A stretch of 63,255 nt of DNA from Macrostomum lignano. Its lineage: Eukaryota. How positions within the stretch are numbered: position 1 is the first letter of the stretch; each line of letters opens with the position of its first letter. A program made the position numbers and the translations under genes. The notes beneath the pieces were generated by a model. That model did not search any database. It saw only the letters and a list, made by a program, of their open reading frames with translations, and was not told the DNA's origin. Where the stretch lies: positions 1 to 63,255 of the forward strand of contig NIVC01001602.1 in assembly GCA_002269645.1 (NCBI GenBank). Direction: 5' to 3'. Of the stretch, positions 39,790-52,288 are shown piece after piece.

Positions 39790-41233
39790 TCAGCCAGTGG
39801 TAAAAACTCTTTACTCGTACGTTTAACATGAATGAGTAAATCAATAGTAAAACAATTGGTTATTATCATGTATTGGTCATGTATTTGCCTGATGCTGTGC
39901 CGGGTGAAAGGCTGCGTTGCGGTGGTGTTCCAGAAGAGCAGCAAACTCTGCCGGCTGCTGCTGACGGTACCAGAGGTGTCTGGGTGCGTCGGCAGTAACC
40001 CGACGAGACGTTTGAGAACCGAGGCTCAATCGATAGTGCTCAAGATTGAAACCTTGATGAATTAATGGGCCTGGACACTAAAATCAACGTGAGACGCTTC
40101 GTCACGAGTGAGACTTATTGTCAATGCTCTCTCGATTTAGTCGAGACTAACAGACTTGAAGTTTCAATATACCCGTTTTTGCAAAACAATATAAAATCGA
40201 AAGAAACGATTTCTGCGGAGACGAAACGCAGCAACATAAGCTCACTTATGAAAATATATTTTTACACAGTTCCTGATGAAAATTCGCCAGCACAGAAGAT
40301 TCCGCTGTTGTCGCCACTTGTGAAGGTGCAGGTGAAGTCTCTCAATATTTGCGAGTGACGCAAATTAGGCAGCTTCGTGTACTGGGCATCGGACAATGGT
40401 CTGCTGATGGCTGCTGGCGGAGGCGGAGGCGCATCTTACCATGGTATCAGTACGATAGTGAGAGTTGTCGATTGATTTTTATTAACAACTTGACAATATG
40501 CATCAAATGCAGATATAGTTTATTCCGCATCGTCAACTATGACTCACTTTTTAGGACAGTCAGGTGAGGCGGGAAATAACGCAACGGGATCTGTCGGTAC
40601 CGAAGATGTAAGTCGGTGCGATTTAGAAAGTTTTTCTTTTCATGAAGCGTTTAGACTTCGTAGGTAAAATTTTATAAGCCCTAACTTTAAAAATCACCAA
40701 AACGTTACTACTCTAAGTAGTAGCACTTCTAAGCATACAACTCAATTTCGCTCAGTGAAACAGCAATACTTTAGATTTAAATGGTTTCAGCCGAATCAGA
40801 TGGGCATGGGAGGCGCCAACGGACAACCGCGCAGCAACGACCAGAGCACTGCGGCTTCCGAAAGAAACCCTAGCCTGGTGGCTGCGGAGCCGGTTGGCTT
40901 GGCAAGCCCGCCGCCGCCCGCGCAAGCATCTCGTACAGAGACTGAGGCGGCAGTCGCGCCGACGGCTGGGTCGGTGGCAGCGCTGGAAAAGGCAGCCCAG
41001 CTGACGGCGGCTTCGGCGGTGGTGGAGGCGGAGGCGCGGCTGCCATAAAAGAAGCGGCAGGAGCCTGCGAAGGCTGCAGCGGCGGCAAAGCCGGGACTCA
41101 CAGCAGTTACACCGGAGGCGGCGGCGGCTCTTTCTGCGGCGGCAGCGGCTGCGTGGCCACCACGGGTGGCAACACGGGCAGCGAGCACGGCTTCGTGATG
41201 CTGCGACTGTCGGTCGACGGCTCCTGCAAGTAG
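39790..41233 (+). pseudogene. PAN + glycine-rich protein, copy 3 (disrupted)
   Basis: Degenerate PAN exon (CLMLCRVKGCVAVVFQKSSKLCRL), truncated exon ending GSFVYW..LLMAAGGGGG at ~40443, 53-nt micro-exon 40555-40607, and last exon 40791-41233 with a frameshift at ~40872 and TGA at 40943-40945. Confidence 0.8.
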
Positions 41234-42759
41234 TAACTCTAACGGTCACTTTTGCAGCAAAAAGTGATTATCTTACATGTATGCGGAAAATATCGAACTC
41301 TGGTTACGGTCTTTGAGTAGCGGTTTGAACAACCCTTGTATAAAAATTTTACATTATAACAGACGGGACATTTTAAAGCACACGATTACTTTAACACACC
41401 TGTGCAGCAACAGTTGCAGTACGCCCTTACGATCATGGTTTGCATAATTTTTCCTCCAAGACGATAAATACGAGGTATAGTACTATTTGCCATTCACTCT
41501 TAGAAGTAGTATACTTGATTGTTTAAAGATATGTGAACAGGCCCTTTCTGACTCGAAATGTTATACGTACACTCGTATGGACTATTGGCAGATGAATCGA
41601 TAGACATACACATGTATCAGCCTACTATAATTACCTATAAAACTGCACTTCGTTAGTATTGATTTTTCGCTAATGTTCATTACAATTTTATATGTTTAAT
41701 CAGCATGCGGAGCGATTTCAGAATCTCGAATCTCTTTATTGGACTAAACAATATAAAATAAAGATAAAAAGTCTAATTTAGCTTCTAGAATGGAAATCAT
41801 AATATTGTGTTAAAGAAATTTACGCGTTGAATCATAACAGTTACAATTCTCTTCGCCTCATGATCTGACTAGAAGGTAAAACAACAGTGAGATATCAGGG
41901 GGCTACCGCTTCTTGCTTCTTTGAATCGGGGCCTAAGTAAGTCAAGTGGAAAAGCTATTGACAAGCAAATACATGTAACAAGCACAATGCTTGGTAGAGA
42001 CAGGCCAAAGACACGAAGAAAGACGTAGAATGACAGAGCCTCGGAGACCAGTGAAAAAATAGATAATATGGGAGAGAGTTAGACTTCTCATCTCCCCAAA
42101 CAGCAGGAAAATTTCAGATGCAACCAATATTGATTTTCCTAAATTGGAAACTCATTTCCCAATTTCAATGGGATCCAAGAAAACTGAATTTTTTTACTTA
42201 GCTTTTCTACTAATGCAAAGAGGGTTTGTTGCAGCAAGTAACTTTACTTTACCCATACTAACTTGGGCCAGCTTTTCTTAACCATTCATAGCAGTAAAAC
42301 TAAATGTAGAAGTAAAGTATCTGATTGCCCACTTGACTAGCGAGATCAAAATCCCTTTATAGTAGATAATTAAGAAAGTTTAACATAAGCTGACACAATC
42401 ACGTTTTTGTTGGTATAACTACTTTCCGGATAGATTCACTCTTTAAAAAACGACATAATTACGATCTTGCGTGGCTAAGTAAGGTTTATCATATTATATA
42501 CCTTACATAGATAGATAAAAGCGACTTATTTTAGCATAGTGGGACTAAGAAATAAGAGTTTCGAATCATTTAACGACTAATTGCAGGAAATCCAGGCGAG
42601 GTTGGAAGAAACGGCTCTGACTCGACTGGCACAAGCAGCGTAAGACCAGAAATATTGAGTAGTGTTTTCTTTCCGCTTTCCCTTGAAATTTCCCTTTGCG
42701 TACTCCTATTTTATTGATTTTGAATTGAAGGTTGGATTTTCAGACAATAAATGGCACAC

Positions 42760-44629
42760 AAACCAGCCCATTGATGCTTACTTGCTTTTCTACCAGCCTG
42801 GTCTTGACTGCGTCCAGCCGCTTGCCAAGCGAGTCAGCATTCTCAGCAAATACAAGGACGTCATCTTGGTAGATGAGGATGCCTTTTAAGTCCGCCAGGA
42901 TGTTCTCCATCGCCCTTTGAAATATGAACGAGGCATTCTTCATGCCCATTTGCAATCGCTTGACGCGATAGAGTCCGCGGGATGTGTTTATTGTTGAAAG
43001 CTCTTGCGCATCCTCGTCAAGAGCGATCTGCCAATACGCTGATCGCAGATCCACTTTGGCAAATTTCTTAGCATTTTTCAGTTTTGCAAAAAGGTGCTCA
43101 GTGGAAGGAATAGGATAAGACTCGGACTTAATCTTTGCATTTACATGCACCTTGTAATCAGCGCACATTCTGAGCGAACCATCGGACTTTTTCACCCATA
43201 CCACGGGAGACGAATTACTTACCGGCCCTTCCACAGGCTCGATAACACCCAGCTGCTGCAGCTTGTCCAGCTCAGCATTGATCTGCTCCTCCATGGCTAG
43301 TGGGATAGGACGAGCGCGGCAGAACTGGGGCTTGGCCCCCTCAACAAGCTCCATGTGAGCTTTAACGCCCTTGATTGTTGGCAGGGGCTCCACTTTAGGC
43401 GGTTCCGGAACCGCGGATGCGTGGAAGAGGGCATCAGAATCTAGCAAGTCTCTCCTCAAAAAGCCGAATGGTTTTGAGGATGAAACAACCATAAGCTCTA
43501 CCGGGTGCAGGCGTTTACGCAGCTCGAAAACCGCTACAAGCTTTCCCAGCGTCTTCAGGCTGTGCCCATCGTACGCTTCTAGCCGCCGATTGCACTTTTC
43601 CAGCTTCGGCTGATTCAAGTCGTCCCATATCTTCGATGACAGCACAGAGACGGAGGCACCAGTGTCCACCTGCATGGGGATCTTGACTCCATCGAGTAGC
43701 ATGGTCTCGGAGGCCTCTGAAATAGCGTGTATTTGGCCCGCAGCAGAAAGATGGAGAAGATCGGGGCAATCAGAGTTCGAATCGTTGAACGTGGCCTCTG
43801 CATGATGAATATCTTTACCCGATGAAACTCTGGAGCGGCACACCGAGGCGAAATGGTTGCGCTTGTTACATTTTGTGCATGTCTTTCCGTAGGCAGGGCA
43901 CATACCTGCGATGTGAGATCTGCCACATTACTTGCAATCGAGGATCTTACGAGCCTGAGTGTTCACAGCGTTCGGTGGATGATCGGCCTTGGCAAAATGC
44001 ACAACTCCTTCGACTCCGCCGCCGCCGACTTTCTCTGTAGTCGGTGGCATTCCGGATGTCTCGTTACGCTCCACGAATTTTGCGACCTGCTCCAGGTTCC
44101 GGACGTGATCGACGATGTCCGAGATTGACAACTCCTTAGCCGTGTCCTGCATCGTGCCGAGCACACGCCGTTGATGATCCACGTTACACATCCCCGCCAA
44201 TAGTGCCAGCCGTACCATTTCTTCCTCCGGGCTTTGGCAATCCTTCAGTTTATCAAACTTGCAATGGGCCGCCGCCTTCCTCAGGCAAGAAAGAAAATCT
44301 GCGATAGATTCGTCTTTGCTCTGACGGAGGGCAAATAATTTCGTCCGTTCAGCCACCACCAGACGCTTCTTGGGCTGCAGGTAGGCAGTGATCGCAGTCT
44401 CCAGCTCTTGGAACGAAACATTCTCAATTTCAGTTGGAGCCACCAGGTGCGTAATCTTCTCAAGGCTGGCTAGTCCACAGGAGGCCACAAAGTTGTCTGC
44501 GATGGTTTTCGATTCCGCCGAATCCACCCACTTCTTAGCGCGGGCCAGAGCCTTGAATGCTTTCAGCCATGTCAGTGCTCGCTCAGCGTTGCTCAGGTCC
44601 AGGTTGCCAAGATGCAACGCCATTGTCAT
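42760..44629 (-). mobile_element. Truncated Ty3/gypsy LTR retrotransposon: gag, zinc knuckles, protease, partial RT
   Basis: Gag-like ORF 43928-44629; CTKCNKRNHFASVC; QVDTGASVS; RMCADYK, KVDLRSAYWQI and YQDDVLV. One in-frame TAA at 43928-43930; truncated within RT. Confidence 0.92.
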
Positions 44630-44772
44630 GATGGCTACTTATATGGAGCACAAGGCTATTTACTTTTCAGCCAATGAGAGTTTAGGGGCATGGTCGTGCT
44701 TGTGGCCAAGCCAAATCGAGCGCTTGTATTTTTGAATTGAAAGAAGGCATACACACTGAAGATGGTATTGAT

Positions 44773-45083
44773 CATGGAGGAAAGAATAGAATGGAGTGCT
44801 AATCTGAGCAAGTTATTTTTGTCTCGCTAGATCTTCACTTTTAACATCCTTTTCCCCCCGTTCCTTCCTATTGGCTCGTGACTGCCATAGACAAAGTATT
44901 TTTAGTCTCGTTTTCGTTTTCGTTCCCCTCTGAAAGGTCTGTCCCAGCATAGTACGAGCTCGTATCAGAATATGCTTTCAGCCAATAGGAAGGAACGGGG
45001 GGAAAGGGATGTTTAAAGCGAAAATCGAGCGAGATAAAAATAACTGGCTCAGATTAGCACTCCATTCTATTCTTTCCTCCATG
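44773..45083. mobile_element. 311-bp hAT-type MITE
   Basis: ~105-bp inverted arms beginning CATGGAGGAAAGAATAGAATGGAGTGC; perfect 8-bp TSD GTATTGAT at 44765-44772 and 45084-45091. Confidence 0.88.
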
Positions 45084-45257
45084 GTATTGATATATCGCTT
45101 TTGACGCTCTAGATAAGACTTTAGACATTCAAAATAAGACTGCATAGGATCGCACCCTCTGGTAAATAAAACAGATAACGCCACAAGATAATTTGCGAAT
45201 CTTGTCAGATTCACTACCGATTTCCTTGTTTGAGTTGCGAAACTGGTGAAACCACCA

Positions 45258-45745
45258 GATTCGTCACCAGGTAATTTTTTGTTTTCTTGTTTGACTGTTA
45301 TCTGGTGAGTTATCTGAATTTCACCAGATAACATGGCCCGAATCTTGCTTAGAAATCAGATTACATGACAAGATTCGCCACCAGATAATTTTTTGTTTTC
45401 TTGTTTGACTGTTATCTGGTGAGTTATCTGAATTTCACCAGATAACATGGCGCGAATCTTGTTTGAAAATCAGATTACATGACAAGATTCGCCACCAGAT
45501 AATTCTCTGTTTTCTTGTTTGATTGAATCTTGTTTGAATCGGAATTTCACAGGATAACATGGTGCGAATCTTGTTTGAAAATCAGATAACAGTACATGAT
45601 TCGCCACCAGGTAATTTTTTGTTTTCTTGTTTGATTGAATCTTGTTTGAATCGGAATTTCACAGGATAACATGGCGCGAATCTTGTTTGAAAATCAGATA
45701 ACAGTACAAGATTCGCCACCAGATATTTCTATGGTATCTGGTTTG
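45258..45745. repeat. Left subterminal tandem repeat, ~112-114-bp units x ~4.5
   Basis: gattcgccaccag starts at 45258, 45372, 45486, 45598 and 45710. Confidence 0.9.
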
Positions 45746-46304
45746 ACTGAATCTTGTTTGAATCGGATTTTCGCCCGATTTTTAATTTATTATTTCCTGA
45801 TGAAGGCCCGAATCAGTTTTTTGGCACGGAACAGCACTTTTTTCCCGGAAAAAGGTCCAGAAATATGATCTGGTAGTATTTTGGGAAAAGGAAACTGTTC
45901 CGGTTGGATTTTCCGTCAAGTTTTCACCCAGAACTCTACTGAATTCTGGGTGTAGACCCGAATTTCAGTAGGATTCCAGATGAAAATGCTCCGGGTGAGA
46001 TTTCGAGACTTCAGTCGGAATTCCCCAGTGATCCGGAAAAATCATCCAGATCAGCTCCCCTTGAGCCGAAGTTCAGCCAAGTACCAGGCGGTGATGATCC
46101 GGAAAAATTTTAGGACCAGTGGGAATCAGTCGGGCATCCATTACAAGTACCATGGGGATTTTGAGAGGAAGCCTCCGATGGAAAACCGCTGAATACAGAC
46201 CCCAGCAAATGGTTATCCCATCAGGCAATCCCTGGCATCCGTTTGGTCAGCGGCGCTAATTCCTCTTAAGAAGCGAGGGGTAATGAAACCTCGCCCTAAT
46301 GAGA

Positions 46305-48200
46305 CAACTGATCTGCTTTACGGCGGCACTGTAGCGTCCGTAATGTGAGGCTGTGCCCATCCTCCGTACAGGTGACAATTGAAAAATTGTTGCGCCCTGA
46401 TTGTGTGCGAGAGGTTTGACTACCACTGGCATGTAGTCTATCAAAGCTGCTTAGTGTGTCAACCGGCTGAATGATTCTATCGTCATATTTGACGCTTAGA
46501 AGCATAGTCAGCCAACCATATTGTTTGGCACAGCTGGGTGTCTAGACGGAGACTGTGGCATGGTTCCAAATAGCTCTATCTGGCCCAGTATGCAAAGCAA
46601 CTTTCCTATTAAGATAGACGCTAACCCGATTTTTGTCGGTGCATGCTCCATTGGTTTGTCTAAGGCGTTTGCAGTTGCACCAGCCGTGAGCAGATCAAGT
46701 CAAGCGAGTAGTCTATACAGACTACAACGGTCGGTAACCATATCTGTTGTGGCTCAAGGCAGCTTTGATAAGCTGACCTGCGACGGATAATCAATCCTCG
46801 CTTCTAGTGTGGCTCAAGGCAGCTTTGATAAGCTGACCTGCGACGGATAATCAATCCTCGCTTCTAGTGTGGCTCAAGGCAGCTTTGATAAGCTGACCTG
46901 CGACGGATAATCAATCCTCGCTTCTAGTGTGGCTCAAGGCAGCTTTGATAAGCTGACCTGCGAGGATAATCAATCCTCGCTTCTAGTGTGGCTCAAGGCA
47001 GCTTTGATAAGCTGACCTGCGACGGATAATCAATCCTCGCTTCTAGTGTGGCTCAAGGCAGCTTTGATAAGCTGACCTGCGACGGATAATCAATCCTCGC
47101 TTCTAGTGTGGCTCAAGGCAGCTTTGATAAGCTGACCTGCGAAGGATAATCAATCCTCGCTTCTAGTGTGGCTCAAGGCAGCTTTGATAAGCTGACCTGC
47201 GACGGATAATCAATCCTCGCTTCTAGTGTGGCTCAAGGCAGCTTTGATAAGCTGACCTGCGACGGATAATCAATCCTCGCTTCTAGTGTGGCTCAAGGCA
47301 GCTTTGATAAGCTGACCTGCGACGGATAATCAATCCTCGCTTCTAGTGTGGCTCAAGGCAGCGGCTAAGAGTAGTCACTTTTATTTGACTAGGCGGATCA
47401 ATCTTTAATCCGAGGGATAATAAAGCCTCGAAAGTGCAAGGTGAATTGATCTGCTTTACGGCGGCACTGTAGCGTCCGTAATGTGAGGCTGTGCCCATCC
47501 TCCGTACAGGTGACAATTGAAAAATTGTTGCGCCCTGATTGTTTGCGAGAGGTTTGACTACCACTGGCATGTAGTCTATCAAAGCTGCTTAGTGTGTCAA
47601 CCGGCTGAATGATTCTATCGTCATATTTGACGCTTAGAAGCATAGTCAGCCAACCATATTGTTTGGCACAGCTGGGTGTCTAGACGGAGACTGTGGCATG
47701 GTTCCAAATAGCTCTATCTGGCCCAGTATGCAAAGCAACTTTCCTATTAAGATAGACGCTAACCCGATTTTTGTCGGTGCATGCTCCATTGGTTTGTCTA
47801 AGGCGTTTGCAGTTGCACCAGCCGTGAGCAGATCAAGTCAAGCGAGTAGTCTATACAGACTACAACGGTCGGTAACCATATCTGTTGTGGCTCAAGGCAG
47901 CTTTGATAAGCTGACCTGCGACGGATAATCAATCCTCGCTTCTAGTGTGGCTCAAGGCAGCTTTGATAAGCTGACCTGCGACGGATAATCAATCCTCGCT
48001 TCTAGTGTGGCTCAAGGCAGCTTTGATAAGCTGACCTGCGACGGATAATCAATCCTCGCTTCTAGTGTGGCTCAAGGCAGCTTTGATAAGCTGACCTGCG
48101 AAGGATAATCAATCCTCGCTTCTAGTGTGGCTCAAGGCAGCTTTGATAAGCTGACCTGCGACGGATAATCAATCCTCGCTTCTAGTGTGGTTCAAGGCAG
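46305..48200. repeat. Duplicated ~445-bp block (46305-46750; 47445-47887), each followed by a 60-bp tandem array (46749-47360, ~10 units; 47887-48200, ~5 units)
   Basis: Unit GTGGCTCAAGGCAGCTTTGATAAGCTGACCTGCGACGGATAATCAATCCTCGCTTCTAGT; stops in all six frames. Confidence 0.95.
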
Positions 48201-48652
48201 CAGTCGGTAATCTTGTCTTGGTATTGTCGTACAGATCCTGTACAGCTGACATAAATAAATCTACGAATAGAAGTTTGTCTGTTTACGTGTTCTGCATTCA
48301 TTTCTTTCTTATCATTTTAAAATTGGTAGTTTCATTATACTAGCGCGTATATCAAAGGGTAACGGAGCGCATATCGTACTGATAACTACATATAGCTCAA
48401 CTTTAGTGTATAGGAAATTTTGTTAGTATATCAGAATACAAGCAAGCAATGAAGCATTTTTTCCCATTTTTAGTATCTTTGATGGTTCAGTGTATGGACG
48501 TTGGGCAGGAGACTAGTATACATATATTCGTACCTGTATGCAGCTAGTAATTTTAGCAAATGTTTATCATTAATTGCAGTTGGCAGAAATATTCACTGAG
48601 ATAGAACATGTACTTTAACACCGTGCGTTCAATTCGACGATACAATTAAAAA

Positions 48653-50753
48653 ATGTATGTTGCAATTTCAGACCTTGCATCATACTGCGAAATGCAAACC
48701 ACCATTGGTACAAACTGTGTCGACTACTCGGTCACGCAGCTGCGCGAACAGCTAATAACAATGATTCGTGTACCTCGGCCACAGCAATCATTTGAACAAA
48801 GGAATACTCGTAAAAGTTTGACAGAAATCAACAAAACGTGCCAAGCTGTCCGGCGCCAAACGCTTGTTGAGGCAGTCCAGAGCGTTGGCTGCGCTAGTGT
48901 GCGCGAATTCGTGAATGTGCACTGCAAAGGGCTGCTGCACGTCGACGGCAGCGACATCGTCGTCGATGAAGAGACGCCAGGAAATGCGGCATCAGCGAAA
49001 ACCACTTCCGGCCAGGTGGCAAAGCCGACTCATGGGCGGCGGCCGGCAGATCTGCCAGCCAACGCCCAGCGTCTCGGCCAATCTCGCGCACCTATCGCAG
49101 CTGCAGCAGCTCAGAACGACTGTCCTAGCAGGGGACCACCAAGAAATGCGGCATCAGCGCAAACACCTTCCGGCCAGGTGGCAAAGCCGACACATGGGCG
49201 GCGGCCGGCAGATCTGCCAGCCAACGCCCAGCGTCTCGGCCAATCTCGCGCACCTATCGCAGCTGCAGCAGCTCAGAACGACTGTCCTAGCAGGGGACCA
49301 CCAAGAAATGCGGCATCAGCGCAAACACCTTCCGGCCAGGTGGCAAAGCCGACACATGGGCGGCGGCCGGCAGATCTGCCAGCCAACGCCCAGCGTCGCG
49401 GCCAGTATTGCGCTCCTGTCGCAGCTGCATCCGTCGACCCTGCAGACGCTGCCGCCGTCGAATCGATTAGAAAAACTTTCGCTGAAATTATGGACGACGC
49501 ACGCGTAAGTAGAATTCGACTATTCATATACTGCTTGTAATGCCATAGCAATGCTACTGATAAACGCGCATACAATAATACCTTTGCAGATGATGTGTAT
49601 AGAGTCAATCGTCCGTATACTGTGCGCCATAGTGGACGCGGGAGATGAATGTGGCACGCCATTTGACACAGTTGAACGGCGGTTCTCAATGCTGACTAGC
49701 CAGCCATTAGCATATGCTATTCGCGGTGTCAGTACATCGATGGCCGACCGTGACATTAGCGGCTTCGTCGGCACGCACTGTGAGGACGTTTTTCGACTTT
49801 GTGTACAAAATCAACAATTAGTGTTTCAGCCGCTAAACCCACCAAATCGCCGCCTGACACTCGGAGAGCGTCATGCAAATGCCATCTCCGCAGGCAGGGA
49901 AGAGGCGCGCATACGCGCCGTACAATGCGGGTGCGATGCACTAACTGCAGTGTCAATTTTCGACTGGCCGGCCAATGTAGCACGTTTGGTGCAGCCTTTA
50001 ACCAATCATTTCATCAACGAGGGCCAGCAGATCTGCTTGGCCAAGTCAACAATGGTGTTGCACATAGAGAACGGACTACTAGCCCAGCGTCTTGCCGTGC
50101 TTGTATTGGGTCTGCATCAGACTCTAAACCATCGACACGGCACTTCTAACTTTGACGCGGCCCAGTATATGCTTCGGCATACGCTGAAAGCGTTTAAACT
50201 GCCTTCAAAATCAAAGCCTGCATACCACAGTATGCAGGACAGTGTCGATTGCGATGCACCGCTGTGCACGGCATCGCAGGCGCTGTTCATGGAGTTTGGG
50301 TATACTGAGCAGCTTGGCGGGCGTCAGGGAAACAGTGGCGGCGGTCGTCGCCGAATAACTGACGCACTGCTCGGCGACGCCTGCGCCAGACTGCTTAAAG
50401 CTGGGCCAAACGAGCTGAGGTGTCTGCAGCATATTGTATTATGCTACAGCATCATGACTGTGGTCGTAGAAGGCCATTATTTAAATTTTAATGCCGGCGA
50501 GCCCAGCGTTGAACTGTTAAAGTGCGCCGGCGACGAGGCGACGCGTCGCAGAGACGCTTTCGACAGCATGGGCCTACTGCCTGACAGGGTCAGCGTCCCG
50601 CGCCTGCTTGCCACTCGACATGCCGATGCCGCGTGTAGCACAGACAACCCGTCGATCGACGAGTTGCTGTGCTCCATACCGAAGGACTTTGGTCCAGAGT
50701 GTACGCACAGGGACGGCGATTGCCCGGTTCATGAACTAATTTGTGACTTGTGA
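48653..50753 (+). CDS. Transposon-borne spliced gene of unknown function, with 56-aa Ala/Pro-rich repeats
   Basis: ORFs 48653-49540 and 49551-50753 are joined by a phase-0 intron 49505-49588 (CGC|gtaagt...tttgcag|ATG). A probable acceptor at ~48671 suggests a further upstream exon. Confidence 0.65.
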
Positions 50754-50815
50754 AGCGTTGTGTCTATTTTTGTATAGTTCAGTCGGACAGTTTTTGTGCA
50801 TGTTGCGGCCCTGTA

Positions 50816-51330
50816 TACGAGGGTCAATCCGAAACTTTTTAGAATGGTATGGTTATAATGCTAATAACGAAACAAAGCAAAAAAGTCGTAGGGGGCCATG
50901 TCATTTGAGTAAGGTGGGTGGGTGGGAGACCAACTTGACTCCCTTTTGCTACGGAAGTCATAAGTCAACCGTGCTGAGAGATGCGACCATCTTCTTTCTG
51001 ACACTACGGGGCCTCTGCACATTGGTTGGATGGTCATCTCCGGAGAAGCACCATACTGTCGACTGACGGTTTGGCTCTGATCGTACTGGTACACCCAGGT
51101 CTCATCACCACTAACGATGTCAAAAACCTTCCTTGATACTCCTCAGGCGAATTCTCTTAACATTTTCCCACACCAGTCCTCCCTGGCCCGTCCCTGCTTC
51201 TGTGACAGCGAACGGGGCACCCATCGAGTGCACTGCTTCTGCAGTCCCAGGTGTTCGTGCAGGATAAAGTGCACCTGCCCCGATCCAAGGCCCAGTTCCG
51301 ACTGTAATTGGACGTATGTTATGTACCTGT
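50816..51330 (-). mobile_element. Degenerate mariner fragment nested in the CACTA element
   Basis: FDIVSGDETWVYQYD and HPPYSNDMAPYDFF (YSPDL-like) motifs; TACGAGGG TIR-like end at 50816. Confidence 0.8.
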
Positions 51331-52288
51331 TCTAGCTGTGAATTGTTATCGGTTGAAATTGAATACGCGTGCACAGAAACTGTCAGAACGGACTTCTGAA
51401 CAATCTAGAAGGGCAAATGTGGCCAGTCTGGTGTCTGTGCGGAGGCTGGCAGATCTGCCAGCCAAAGTACAGAGGTTTGGCCGTATTCGAATATCGGATG
51501 CCAAACCCGCGTACCCAAGTAACTAGTAAAGTATTTTTTCGTTTATTACTTACTTGTCAGTTCGGCATTTGATGCTTGCAGTTTCGTACCATTTTTTCAT
51601 TTATTAGTAACTGAGGACAGTGCAGTTGAGCGCCGTTGAGCGCCGTTACATCAGAGTGAAGATAAAAGCAGAGTGAATATAGCACCGTTTGGTAGCTATA
51701 GCAGCAGATGAACAATCTAGCAGGCCAAATCTGCCAGCCAACAAACGGAGAACATATCGAAACCTAAGTACTTTAATATGACATTATTACGCGTTACATT
51801 TGTGCAATTATGTTTTCTTTTAACTATTCGTATCCATCCTATCTCATTATTGACTTTTATGCATTTCCCAGTAAGCAAATTCCACCTCTTGTTACTTAAC
51901 TTGTTTTTTACGAAAACGTGTGCTTCCGTTTTATTACAGATCCCGATTGCATTGCCTTGCATTCATTTCATTGAACTATCTAGTCATGGTTTCTATTGCA
52001 AAAATTCAAGTGTCACCGTTCATCCGCCCATATGTTAGAACAATCGTATGTAGTAACAATCAGTATCACTAATCAATCAATCACAATCAATAATCAGTAG
52101 TATTAGCAGAAGTCATTGATCCCCTCATTTTAAGTAGGATACCGTAGTGATCTAGAATAGCTACCCACGTCTATATAGAGTTGACACATTCATCTAAACC
52201 TATTGCATACATGAATGTCATGTAGTTCCTCCGATTATTATTATTATACCGTTTCGTTACAGAACAGTCGAAATCTGACTTCTCCAGG

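Noticed and set aside
44630-44770. 5' LTR/PBS of the gypsy element
   Set aside because: No TG...CA LTR pair or clear tRNA primer site found; the 3' half of the element is missing.
46256-47928. Duplicated short ORFs (MIDYMP..., MLLSVK..., MFGTAG...)
   Set aside because: Short, overlapping on both strands with no motif; explained by the block duplication.
46749-48200. CRISPR-like appearance (leader plus hairpin repeats)
   Set aside because: Units are identical end to end with no unique spacers, no cas genes, and a eukaryotic context.
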